Below, piece by piece: positions 52,608 through 62,403 of a DNA stretch of 64,000 nt (the first letter of the stretch is position 1; every line of letters begins with the position of its first letter). Origin of the DNA: Desulfatiglandales bacterium (GTDB lineage: Bacteria > Desulfobacterota > DSM-4660 > Desulfatiglandales > HGW-15); contig CAXXJJ010000001.1 in the NCBI GenBank assembly GCA_963667015.2, forward strand, positions 1,536,001 to 1,600,000, read 5' to 3'. A model generated the notes under the pieces. The model had not been told where the DNA came from and did no database searches. It saw only the letters and a program-made list of their open reading frames with translations. The position numbers and the translations under genes are program-made.

Positions 52608-53411
52608 TTACTTTTTGATTTTTCTAACTACTGTTGAAACAGTAAACGCAGCAACCAGAAGAAGAATGACCGTTGCCCCTGATGCAAGGTCATATATGTA
52701 TGATATCCATAAACCCGCAGTCGTCAGGATAATCCCCAGCAGGACGGAAAAAAACATCATGGGCTTAAGGCCGATTGTATACTGTTTTGCAATCGATGGC
52801 GGAATTGTAAGGAGTGCAATAACCATTATTATCCCGACTATTCTTATGAGCATAACAACAGTCAATGCCACAAGGGTTAGTAAAAAAAGGTAGAAAAACA
52901 GGGTGTTGATACCTGATGCACGGGCAAATTCTTCATCAAAGGAGATAGCCAGGAATTCCCTGTAAAACAGGTATACGGCCAGGAATATAAAAATATCCAG
53001 GCCTGCCATTATATAGATATCATATCTTGGTACTGTGAGGATATTACCGAACAGATAGCTGAAGAGGTCAGGGACATATCCTGGTGTCAGGCCGATGAAG
53101 ATAACCCCGAGGGCCATACCGGCAGTCCACAGGATCCCAATGGCAGTGTCCTCACTCACATTGGCCCTCCTGCTTATTATCCCGATGGTCCATGCCGAAG
53201 CAAGGCTGAAGGGCAGGAGGCAGATTAGGGGATCCACCCCTATAAGATATCCCAGTCCCAGTCCTCCGAAGGATGCATGGGCGATTCCCCCGCTTATATA
53301 GCCGATTTTTTTTACAACAACATATGAGCCTATGATTCCGCATGCGATGCTCCCAAGAAGGGCAGCCAGCAGGGCATTTTGCATAAATTCAAACTGGAGT
53401 GCTTCTATCAT
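52608..53411 (-). CDS. znuB: Zn/Mn ABC permease
   Basis: IAHASFGG, YLFGNIL, SFDEEFA, VGIIMVIALL. Confidence 0.88.
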   Translation of the reverse strand: MIEALQFEFMQNALLAALLGSIACGIIGSYVVVKKIGYISGGIAHASFGGLGLGYLIGVDPLICLLPFSLASAWTIGIISRRANVSEDTAIGILWTAGMALGVIFIGLTPGYVPDLFSYLFGNILTVPRYDIYIMAGLDIFIFLAVYLFYREFLAISFDEEFARASGINTLFFYLFLLTLVALTVVMLIRIVGIIMVIALLTIPPSIAKQYTIGLKPMMFFSVLLGIILTTAGLWISYIYDLASGATVILLLVAAFTVSTVVRKIKK

Positions 53412-53412
53412 T

Positions 53413-54165
53413 TTAGTGTTCCTTTAATACTCTGTGTGGAGTCCCATGGGCAATTATGTCAACAGGGCACTGGTAAACGGATTCGAGGGTTTCCTTTGGA
53501 ATCTCTTTTGAATCATGGTAGAAGAGCTGGCAGTTAAGGCATGCTACCTTGTCAACATGTGAACTGATAACGCCGATATCATGGGTAACCAGGATAATGG
53601 TCATCCTTTGTTTCAGGCTGTTAAGCAGATCATAGATATCGGTTTTAAGCTTTGGGTCTATACTCGCGGTGGGCTCGTCCAGGAGCAGGAGTTTCGGCTC
53701 AGAGGCAAGTGCCCTTGCTATCATTACCCTTTGTCTTTCTCCACCTGAAAGGTTACCTGTTTTTCTGTTTTTCATGTCAGACATCTCAACAACTTCCAGC
53801 GCCCGGTCCACCAGGTCATAATCCTTTTTATTATGACTTTTGAAAAGACCTTTGTGACACAGCCGCCCCATCAAAACCGTGTCCTTCACGCTTATCGGAA
53901 AATCCCTTTCCACCTCCATCATCTGGGGAACATAACCGATCCGGTTTCTTGCCTTTTCCGGGGTTGTTCCTAGAACCTTTATTTCTCCATGTGAAGGTTT
54001 TACCAGCCCAAGGATTACCTTCAGGAGGGTGGTTTTACCTCCCCCGTTTGGCCCTATGATACCAATAAAATCACCATCGTATACTGTAAGGTTATGATCG
54101 TGAAGTGCAGTATTGCCGTCAAATTCTACGCTAATATTTTTAAGTGATACGATTTCAGTTTTCAT
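53413..54165 (-). CDS. znuC: Zn/Mn ABC ATPase
   Basis: GPNGGGKT, IGYVPQ, LSGGE, LLLDEPT. Confidence 0.88.
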   Translation of the reverse strand: MKTEIVSLKNISVEFDGNTALHDHNLTVYDGDFIGIIGPNGGGKTTLLKVILGLVKPSHGEIKVLGTTPEKARNRIGYVPQMMEVERDFPISVKDTVLMGRLCHKGLFKSHNKKDYDLVDRALEVVEMSDMKNRKTGNLSGGERQRVMIARALASEPKLLLLDEPTASIDPKLKTDIYDLLNSLKQRMTIILVTHDIGVISSHVDKVACLNCQLFYHDSKEIPKETLESVYQCPVDIIAHGTPHRVLKEH

Positions 54166-55061
54166 TTTAGATTTTCCTGAAAAAGCTGTGCAGTTTTTTC
54201 AAGGTTGCTGATGTAATCCTCTGGCATGGGATCAATAAAAACAACCTTTCCGTTTATTTCCCTGGCAATCACATCGGCGCTTTTTTTGCTGAACTGGGGT
54301 GATGAAAAGATTACTTTTATATCATCTTTTATGGCTCTCTTTACCAGTTTCCCCAGCCTTTCGGGTGTGGGGTCTTTGCCTGAAAGCTCAACCGGAACCT
54401 GTTCAAGATTAAAATCCCTGGCAAAATATGCCCACGCAGGATGAAAGATAAAGAACTGTCTTTTTGAGATATCTTTAAGTGTTATGGAGATATTTTCTTT
54501 CAGCAGTCTCAATCTGTTTATAAGGGATGATGCATTTTGAAAATAATACTCCGAGCCTGCGGCATCTTTATCTGAAAGACTGTTCATGATATTTTCAGTA
54601 ATAATTACTGCATTTGCGGGGGAGAGCCAGATGTGCGGGTCCTTTATCCCGTGGTGACTGTGTCCATGCTCATCCCCTTTGATCTGCCCATGTTCCGGTT
54701 CTTCTTGGATATCCGAGGTGTTAATAAGTGTAATTCCTTTGGATGCATCACATACAGACATGTGCTTATTGAGGGCCTCTATTTTATTCATCCACATGAG
54801 CTCAAACTCTATGCCGGAACCGACCTTTACATACAGGTCTGACCTGCTCACTATCATCATCTGTCTTGGAGTCGGTTCATAGGTATGCGGGTTTCCTCCC
54901 GGAGGGATAAGCGTGGTGACATCCACACGATCTCCGCCGACATTTTCAATAAAATATGCCAGTGGTGCTATGGAGGTTGCAACCATTATTTTGTCTTTGC
55001 CATATGTATATGAGCTTATGAGCAGTAGAATAAAAATTATACCTAATACTTTTTTAAACAT
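54162..55061 (-). CDS. znuA: Zn ABC substrate-binding protein
   Basis: PHTYEPTP, His-rich loop, DPHIWLSP, HPAWAYF. Confidence 0.88.
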   Translation of the reverse strand: MFKKVLGIIFILLLISSYTYGKDKIMVATSIAPLAYFIENVGGDRVDVTTLIPPGGNPHTYEPTPRQMMIVSRSDLYVKVGSGIEFELMWMNKIEALNKHMSVCDASKGITLINTSDIQEEPEHGQIKGDEHGHSHHGIKDPHIWLSPANAVIITENIMNSLSDKDAAGSEYYFQNASSLINRLRLLKENISITLKDISKRQFFIFHPAWAYFARDFNLEQVPVELSGKDPTPERLGKLVKRAIKDDIKVIFSSPQFSKKSADVIAREINGKVVFIDPMPEDYISNLEKTAQLFQENLK

Positions 55062-55142
55062 TCTTTATATCCTTAATAGTGTCTAAATTAAAAAAGCTGA
55101 AAGCTGCCAGCTTCCACCCAAAAACAGTTTTTATCGGATGGC

Positions 55143-55550
55143 CTATGAACAATTTTCACATATCCCGTTTACCTGCATGTAGTGACTTACTACTTGATAT
55201 CCCTTGATTTTCTTTTTGTGGGGTATAGCACACTCATTAATAACATCCACTTTACCGCATTTTATGCATACAATATGGTGATGGTGATGGTCCCTTTCCG
55301 AGTTGCACAGACCATAATGCTTTTTCCTGTCAAAGAACTGGAGGCGGGTCAGAATTCCGCATTCCACCATGCTTTCAAGGTTGCGGTAGATGCTGGGGAG
55401 ACCGCATTGCCTGAATTGATCCCTGAGACCTGCCCAGGTATCTTCGGGTGTCATATGAATGTTGTTATCAATAAACAGCTGTATTATGGCCCTGCGAAGG
55501 GGGGTTAGCTTTAATCCCCTGCTTTTAATTTTCTCCAGATAATGTTCCAT
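55143..55550 (-). CDS. zur: Fur-family regulator, probably Zur
   Basis: TPLR, SIYRNL, HHHHHIVCIKCG, GICENC; first gene of the znu operon. Confidence 0.8.
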   Translation of the reverse strand: MEHYLEKIKSRGLKLTPLRRAIIQLFIDNNIHMTPEDTWAGLRDQFRQCGLPSIYRNLESMVECGILTRLQFFDRKKHYGLCNSERDHHHHHIVCIKCGKVDVINECAIPHKKKIKGYQVVSHYMQVNGICENCS

Positions 55551-55596
55551 CTGATTTTCCTGTTTTATTGTATTGTCTGGTATAAAATGACGATTT

Positions 55597-55647
55597 CTAA
55601 ATAGAAAATATTTTCATTTAGTATAGAGGGTTTTGGAATTTTGTCAA
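55597..55647 (-). promoter_or_regulatory. sigma70 promoter with Fur-family operator
   Basis: TTGACA (55647-55642), 16 nt, TATACT (55625-55620); palindrome CTAAATAGAAAATATTTTCATTTAG (55597-55621) over the start site. Confidence 0.65.
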
Positions 55648-55668
55648 TGGGATAAGAGGAAAGGTCTG

Positions 55669-56400
55669 TTAATATGGGGCTGTCCTCGCCAGAGTGAGAC
55701 CGACAACCCTTTCACACCCGGCTTTTTTTAATATCCTTGCACATTCATTTATGGTGTTTCCGGTTGTGGCCACATCATCAATCAGGATGACGCTCCTCCC
55801 TTTGATATCTCGCTCTCCCCTAACCTCAAATGCACCCTTTACATTTTTCCTCCGCTCTTCAAGGCTTAATCCTGCCTGGGACGCTGTATATCTTGTTCTG
55901 ATAAGCGTAAAAAAATCGGGTTCTATACCAAGTATGGGGCCGATTGTTTTTGCCAGAAGGGCGCTCTGATTAAACCCTCTCTGCCTGAGTTTTTTCCTGT
56001 GGAGAGGGACAGGCATAATAATCATACCATTACAGTCACTGATCCGGTCTCCTGCAAACTCACCAAGGAGTGGTCCGAGAGATTTAATAATATATGATTT
56101 GCCGGAATATTTAATAAGATGGATTGCATCCATGAGTGTTTGTTCGTAAAGGTAGGGTGCTTTTAATTCATCATAAAAAGGTCTTTTCCTAAGACATCTT
56201 TCACATAGATGATCCTCCTGGACCTTTGATTTAAAGGGTTCGCTGCAGATTGAACAGTATGGATGAGTTAATTTTTTAAATCCTGAAAGGCATTCATCAC
56301 ATATATCTCCCCTGCCCGCAGGATGGTCATCCAGAAAATCCGAACATATCCGGCATCTCGGTGGATAAATGATATCCAGAAGGTTTGAGAGAAGGCTCAT
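55669..56400 (-). CDS. comF: ComF-family protein
   Basis: Double zinc ribbon, PVPLH, RGFNQS, LIDDVATTG. Confidence 0.92.
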   Translation of the reverse strand: MSLLSNLLDIIYPPRCRICSDFLDDHPAGRGDICDECLSGFKKLTHPYCSICSEPFKSKVQEDHLCERCLRKRPFYDELKAPYLYEQTLMDAIHLIKYSGKSYIIKSLGPLLGEFAGDRISDCNGMIIMPVPLHRKKLRQRGFNQSALLAKTIGPILGIEPDFFTLIRTRYTASQAGLSLEERRKNVKGAFEVRGERDIKGRSVILIDDVATTGNTINECARILKKAGCERVVGLTLARTAPY

Positions 56401-56765
56401 TCCCTGCCCTGTTTTACAAACTCATCAAAGGTTGCATCAGGATTAATACCAGGGCAGGCATCCTTTGCCATGTCCCAGCTGTACTCATCGTTCATATTTG
56501 CATCATAAAAGGGCCAGAGATAGCAGATGTCGGGTTTTACAGTGTGGATAAGGCATTGTTTTTCTTTGTCAAAGAACACGCAAAAACCGTTTTCACCCGC
56601 TTCAAGCATGCGCTGGTTATTCCTTACTTCGGTGTATTTTGATTTGAATTCTTCCGGATCGATATTAAGAAATTGGGCTATCCTTTCTACCTCAACATCG
56701 GATACAATAATGCCGCCCTTTCCATAGCAGCATTGTCCGCACATTTTACAATCAAAAGCTTTCAT
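56397..56765 (-). CDS. YkgJ-family CxxCxxCC protein
   Basis: CKMCGQCC...CVF...C.IH..KP.IC..WPF...CPG. Confidence 0.9.
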   Translation of the reverse strand: MKAFDCKMCGQCCYGKGGIIVSDVEVERIAQFLNIDPEEFKSKYTEVRNNQRMLEAGENGFCVFFDKEKQCLIHTVKPDICYLWPFYDANMNDEYSWDMAKDACPGINPDATFDEFVKQGRE

Positions 56766-59683
56766 TATCTCATTTTCTCCAGGTCCCAGTCTGTTTTTAC
56801 CATTGCCCGTTTATTATCTTTTTTAGACCGGTACATAAGGTGTCCCTTTTCAAGTCCATGATAGAAAAGATCTCTTGTTGCTGCCACATCCTGGGTGCAG
56901 TATTTAATAATGCTTTCCATATCTCCCTGCCTGAACCATTCCACTGCCTTTAAGCCATCTGCGGATTTACCGTGATTTAGCGTTTCCTTTGCCAGGTTAT
57001 CAAGTCCCAGCCTGAATCCCAGCCTCTTGTACACATCCTCAAGGATGTCGAATGTTGGAAGATCAAACAGGTTAATGTTTGTATATGCGCCAAGGACCTT
57101 ATAGTCAAATCCTTTTACATTGAAACCAACTATCAGATCTGCCTCTTTAAACCTGTTAACCATTTCGTTAATGTTATCTTCCGTGAATGTGAAAAACTTT
57201 TTTTCGATGCTATCATATATTACTGCAACCGATATTCGCATGAGGTGGCAGTTATTCCAGCCTCCTACCTCCTGGGCCAGCTTCTGGGTTTCAAGATCGA
57301 AAAAGAAGATTCTGGGTTTTGATTCTTCCTGTTGCGTATGCTCCTCTGTAGAGGTTTTCATTTTATCTTTACCTTTTTCTTCAGGTTTATAAAAACTGTC
57401 CACCGGGATATCTCCCAGCAGGTATTCAAGTATTGCAATGGCGGATTTCTTGTCAAGGGGGTTGTTGCCTGAACCGCACTTTGGGGAGTGTATACAGGAG
57501 GGACATCCGTCCTCACATTCACATGTACTTATGTGTTCGAGGGCTTTTCTCAGGAGCTCGGATATAATATCAAAGCCCCTCCTGGCAAGACCGACTCCCC
57601 CGGGATGGCCGTCATATATAAAAATTGCGGTTTTCCCTATCTGCGGATGTATGGGATAACAGATGCCCCCTATGTCATTTCTGTCGCAAAGCGCAAAGAG
57701 GGGAAATATACCGATCGCCCCGTGTTCAATGGCATGAATTCCTCCCATGAGCTGAAGGTTGTTTTTTTCAATCAGTACATCTATAACAGGGTCTATCTCG
57801 ATCCAGAATCCATGCGTCTCAAAGGTCTGTTCAGGCAGATCAAGGGGAAAGACTCCCATGAGTTCCTGACCCGGGAGTACGCGTTTCTCATACTCTGTTA
57901 CGCGCTCAGTGACCCTTATAATCCCCTCCTTTACTACAAACTGACCTTCAGGCTTGCTCCTTTTTATCTCTATTATCTCGGTCTCCTTGTCAGAGTGGAC
58001 CCTTGTAAAGTAATTGAGATCTGTACCCTTGACTATTATATCCCTGTATTCTGTGTCTATTGACTCAACCACATACTGCCTGGACATATGAAGATAGATT
58101 GCGCCTGGGTGACATTCCTTAAAGGCCCTCATGCCGTCAATTGTTCCTATTGCCGCACCGGTTGTACTGTCAAATATGGTGTAGCTGTCACCCACGGATC
58201 GAATATTTACGCTGTTCTGTGGACGGGGTCTTATAGAACGCCATGCAGGCGGTTCATCAGAAGACCGGGTAAGCATATTTTTGATCTCAAGATGTTCGAT
58301 GTGCTCCTTAAGGTTATTGGACCAGAACTGGTTATCCTCTTCCTTTAAGGGGAACTCATCCGCCGCGCATGGAAGGTGCGACCTGATCACATATTCATTG
58401 TCAGGATCAAGGATTGCTGCCTCATATGACCTGCCGAAGAGTGCATCAGGATGCTTTACAAAATACTGATCAAGCGCATCAGGTTTTGCCACCATTATAA
58501 TCATTGATTCCCTGCCCGATCTTCCCACCCTTCCTCCCCTTTGCCAGGTATTTATAACTGTGCCTGGGTATCCCACAAGGATACATATGTCCAGGTATCC
58601 GATGTCTATGCCCAGCTCAAGTGCGCTTGTAGACACAACACCCAGGAGATCGCCTGTGGCAAGGCGTTTTTCTATATTCCGCCTTTCTTCCGGCATAAAA
58701 CCCGCCCTGTAGGAGCTAACCTTTCGCCTCAAATCCGGTGAAAGCCGGGATGTCCATATGTGAATAAGTTCCGCAACCTGCCGTGACTGTGTGAATACAA
58801 TGGTCCTGTAACCTGACTGGATACAGTAGCTAAAAAGCCTTGCTGCCGAAAAATTGGAGCTGGCATCAGGATTGAGGAACATAAAATACTGATCTGCCCT
58901 GGGTGAACCGCTGGAGTCGATAACACTGACTCTATCATCAATAAGAAGATTTCCGAAACTGCCCGGATTATTTATCGTAGCAGAGAGCAGGATAAACCTT
59001 GGGGCAGCACCGTAGCGCCGGCAAATCCGCTTGAGCCTCTTTATAATCTGATTCATGTGTGAACCGAATATCCCCCTGTATGTATGAACCTCATCGATTA
59101 CAACATATTCAAGATCCTGAAAGAGCTGCTGCCATTTCTCGTGGTATGGTAAAATGCCCATATGAAGCATGTCAGGGTTTGTAAAAAGGATGTCAGGTAT
59201 CTTTGAGCGGATCTTTTGCCGTTTGTACTGGCTGGTATCCCCGTCATATATGTCTGCGGTTATTTTTCTGGATTTGATGTTTTTAAGGTAAAAAGCCAGT
59301 GCTTTTAACTGATCCTGTTCAAGGGCCTTTAAGGGAAAAATATAGAGTGATTTGCACTCTTTTCCCTGTATAAGTTTTTCAAGGATGGAAAGGTTGTAAA
59401 TGAGGCTCTTCCCGCTGGCTGTTGGTGTGGCAATGATAACATTTTCATTCTTTCTTATTTTTTCAATGGCCTCTTTCTGATGGCTGTAGAGTCTTTCAAT
59501 GCTGTTGTTGTGAAGGATACAGGCTAATTCCTCCGGGAGATAAAGATCATCACCATAATCGGCCTCAACAGCAGGGATATGTTTAAGGTGCACAAATGAA
59601 GGGCCAAAATCAGGATGTTTCCTTATTTTGTATATGAAATCTGATAGATCAGTTTTATTTTTATAGCTGGCTTTATTGTTCAT
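56765..59683 (-). CDS. DEAH helicase with DUF1998 (MrfA/YprA/Hrq1-like) fused to a DEDD RNase H-like exonuclease
   Basis: TASGKS, DEVH, SAT, QRGGRVGR, CECEDGCPSC; C-terminal FDLET, GFN...FD, YCTQDV. Confidence 0.92.
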   Translation of the reverse strand: MNNKASYKNKTDLSDFIYKIRKHPDFGPSFVHLKHIPAVEADYGDDLYLPEELACILHNNSIERLYSHQKEAIEKIRKNENVIIATPTASGKSLIYNLSILEKLIQGKECKSLYIFPLKALEQDQLKALAFYLKNIKSRKITADIYDGDTSQYKRQKIRSKIPDILFTNPDMLHMGILPYHEKWQQLFQDLEYVVIDEVHTYRGIFGSHMNQIIKRLKRICRRYGAAPRFILLSATINNPGSFGNLLIDDRVSVIDSSGSPRADQYFMFLNPDASSNFSAARLFSYCIQSGYRTIVFTQSRQVAELIHIWTSRLSPDLRRKVSSYRAGFMPEERRNIEKRLATGDLLGVVSTSALELGIDIGYLDICILVGYPGTVINTWQRGGRVGRSGRESMIIMVAKPDALDQYFVKHPDALFGRSYEAAILDPDNEYVIRSHLPCAADEFPLKEEDNQFWSNNLKEHIEHLEIKNMLTRSSDEPPAWRSIRPRPQNSVNIRSVGDSYTIFDSTTGAAIGTIDGMRAFKECHPGAIYLHMSRQYVVESIDTEYRDIIVKGTDLNYFTRVHSDKETEIIEIKRSKPEGQFVVKEGIIRVTERVTEYEKRVLPGQELMGVFPLDLPEQTFETHGFWIEIDPVIDVLIEKNNLQLMGGIHAIEHGAIGIFPLFALCDRNDIGGICYPIHPQIGKTAIFIYDGHPGGVGLARRGFDIISELLRKALEHISTCECEDGCPSCIHSPKCGSGNNPLDKKSAIAILEYLLGDIPVDSFYKPEEKGKDKMKTSTEEHTQQEESKPRIFFFDLETQKLAQEVGGWNNCHLMRISVAVIYDSIEKKFFTFTEDNINEMVNRFKEADLIVGFNVKGFDYKVLGAYTNINLFDLPTFDILEDVYKRLGFRLGLDNLAKETLNHGKSADGLKAVEWFRQGDMESIIKYCTQDVAATRDLFYHGLEKGHLMYRSKKDNKRAMVKTDWDLEKMR

Positions 59684-60150
59684 CTATTTGTGCTTTAAAA
59701 TGGTCAAAAATATTTCATGAATATACCAGTATTATTTCTATTCGATCAAGACATTGTATCAATTTCATACTTACCTCCTGCGGAGATAACAGGCTATTTT
59801 CATTATAGAGAGAACTGATAAAATGCTAAAAATTGGCTGTGTTTTGCAGACTGTAAATAAGTATTGTGTTATTTTAATTGTAATACCAAATAGTTAAATA
59901 TGTTTTAAATTGTTGCCGAATAACAATGACATTTCTTATAAATTTTGATAATTTTCAAGCAATTATACCCGAAATCCATTCAATAGATTTTTGGGTTAAA
60001 ATTCGCCTTTTCCAATACAAAATAATTCCTATTAATGAATCGGACAGGACATAAAGTGAAATGTACTTTATTCACTCTTAAGTCGATTTTTTTTGCACAG
60101 ATTATTCAACTTAATGAAGCCAACCTGAATCTGAAAGGAATCTACTGAAC

Positions 60151-62403
60151 ATGGATAAAAAATTTGCATATCTGCTGTCTTTAGCTCTCCTCATCATAAT
60201 TATGTTTTTACCCTCTCGATTTTCAAAAGATACCTTAACGGATAATCCAAAATTAAACATCAGAAAAAGAATAAGCAAAATAATTCTGGATAAACCAAAA
60301 CCTGAGAAGGGAAAAAAAACTTTCCGTCCAGTCAGTGATATTCCCAAAAAAGAGGACCAAACCGGAAAGGTAATCACAAGCTCGCTACAAAAAGAGATCG
60401 ATGAATATATAAATCTTGGTAAAAAAGATATCAGAATCGTTCTTAATACAGCAGATGATACTGGCGATCTTGCAGACAGGATTGAGAGTTATGGGGGGCA
60501 GATATTAAGAAAACGTCCAAATTTTGTAGCTCTCGAAATCCCTGTGGATAAAGTCAATCAATTGATCAGGGAAAGCAGTTCCATTGAATATGCAAGGCTT
60601 CCTTTCAAATTCTTTCCTTCAGGAGAAGTAACAGAGGGCGTAGCATTAACAGGTGCCAGTATTTTTCATGACACAATCTATAAAGGTGCAGGCGTAAAGG
60701 TCGCGGTTCTGGATGTCGGATTCAAAGGCTTGACTGAAGCTATTGCTGCCGGAGAGCTGCCTGCTGACGTAATAACCCATGATTTTTCAAGTAACGGGCT
60801 TGAAACCGAATATTATCATGGTACAGCCTGCGCAGAGATAGTCCATGATATGGCACCTGATGCCGAGCTCCACCTGCTCAAAATGGGAGATGAAATAGCA
60901 GGATATGAGGTCATTGATTACTGTATTAAAAATGATATTGATATAGTCAGCCTCTCAATTGGAACTTTTGGTTCGGGGCCGGGTGACGGCACAGGTCCCC
61001 TGGATGAGGCGTTTGATGAGCTAAGGGATGCAGGGATACTTGTTGTTGCTTCTGCAGGTAATTATGGAAATTCATCTTATGAAATAGAAGGAGTAACGCT
61101 AACATTTGGCTCACACTGGGAAGGAACCTTTGCAGACAATGACGGAGACACCTATCATGAATATAATAGCTATTATGTTAACAGTTATTATAATGTGATA
61201 GGTGCCTATCCTTCCTGGAATGATGACAATGAGCCAAGAACATCTGAAGTATCAATATTGATGAGATGGAATGACTGGCCGGTTTCAAATATCGATTACG
61301 ATATGTATCTTTATGAATATGACTATGAGACTCAGGAAATAGGAGAGCTTGTAGCATCTTCCGAAACATATCAGACCGGAACCCAACCCCCTGTAGAATA
61401 TATATCTATGGATATTCCTGATGATGCAACCGATGGCCGTTTTTTTGCACTTATGGTTACAAGACTTGACTCAGGAACTCCTACAGGTACTGATTTTGAA
61501 ATATATCTTGGTGGAACAAGTGAATTTTATCCATTCAGGGATATTTCCGAAGTTTTCCATTCTTCTGCTCTTGCCACATCAGAAAGCTCAATTGCTGAAC
61601 CGGCTGATGCGGAAAGCGTTCTTGCCGTCGGTGCAATTGATTATATGAACTGGACAACAGGCCCCCAGGAAGAGTTCAGTTCTCAGGGCCCTACAAATGA
61701 CTGGAACGGGAGCACAGAAAGAATAAAACCTGACATTATGGGGCCAGATCGTGTAACGACTTATACATATGGCGATTCAGCTTTTCCAGGGACATCAGCG
61801 GCAGCTCCACATGTGGCTGGAATAGCAGCTCTTCTGCTATCCAAAGATACTGGAATGTCACCTGAGGAATTGCAGGTTATCATAGAAGTTGATGCAATTG
61901 ATATTAATTCAAATGGTAAAAATAATATCTACGGATGGGGCAAAATAAATGCGGTGCTTCAGAGATTTGTAGAGTCTTATATAAAAATAAGTGGAACCGA
62001 AGGTAATTTTACGGGATTATTGGATTATTCGGACGGTTTTGGGAGTTCAATTGCTTCCATAGGTGACTTGAATGGAGACGCGATTGAAGATCTTGCAGTA
62101 GGGGCATCCGGAGATGATGATGGGGTATATGGTGGAGGCGCTTTGTGGATATTATTTTTAAATTCTGACGGGTCTGTAAAGTCTCATCAAAAGATAAGCG
62201 CCACCGAAGGATATTTTACAGGAATTTTAAATCAAAGTGATCACTTCGGAAAATCGTTAACCAGTATAGGGGATCTTGATGGTGATGGCATTACAGATTT
62301 AGCTGCTGGAATAACAGGGACTGACAATAGCCTGTGGGCTCCCGGCGCGATATGGATTTTATTCATGAACTCTGATGGGACTGTCAAATCCAATCAAAGA
62401 TAA
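60151..62403 (+). CDS. S8 subtilase with FG-GAP repeats, N-terminal part (frameshift at about 62398)
   Basis: Catalytic triad VAVLDVGF, HGTACA, GTSAAAPHVAG; two GDL.GD...DLA repeats. Confidence 0.9.
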   Translation: MDKKFAYLLSLALLIIIMFLPSRFSKDTLTDNPKLNIRKRISKIILDKPKPEKGKKTFRPVSDIPKKEDQTGKVITSSLQKEIDEYINLGKKDIRIVLNTADDTGDLADRIESYGGQILRKRPNFVALEIPVDKVNQLIRESSSIEYARLPFKFFPSGEVTEGVALTGASIFHDTIYKGAGVKVAVLDVGFKGLTEAIAAGELPADVITHDFSSNGLETEYYHGTACAEIVHDMAPDAELHLLKMGDEIAGYEVIDYCIKNDIDIVSLSIGTFGSGPGDGTGPLDEAFDELRDAGILVVASAGNYGNSSYEIEGVTLTFGSHWEGTFADNDGDTYHEYNSYYVNSYYNVIGAYPSWNDDNEPRTSEVSILMRWNDWPVSNIDYDMYLYEYDYETQEIGELVASSETYQTGTQPPVEYISMDIPDDATDGRFFALMVTRLDSGTPTGTDFEIYLGGTSEFYPFRDISEVFHSSALATSESSIAEPADAESVLAVGAIDYMNWTTGPQEEFSSQGPTNDWNGSTERIKPDIMGPDRVTTYTYGDSAFPGTSAAAPHVAGIAALLLSKDTGMSPEELQVIIEVDAIDINSNGKNNIYGWGKINAVLQRFVESYIKISGTEGNFTGLLDYSDGFGSSIASIGDLNGDAIEDLAVGASGDDDGVYGGGALWILFLNSDGSVKSHQKISATEGYFTGILNQSDHFGKSLTSIGDLDGDGITDLAAGITGTDNSLWAPGAIWILFMNSDGTVKSNQR

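Noticed and set aside
56765..59683. DISARM/Druantia-type defence system suggested by DUF1998
   Set aside because: No methylase, partner helicase or PLD nuclease nearby; context and architecture fit a repair helicase.
59684..60150. Long AT-rich intergenic region
   Set aside because: No repeat, RNA structure or motif I can support beyond a divergent promoter region.
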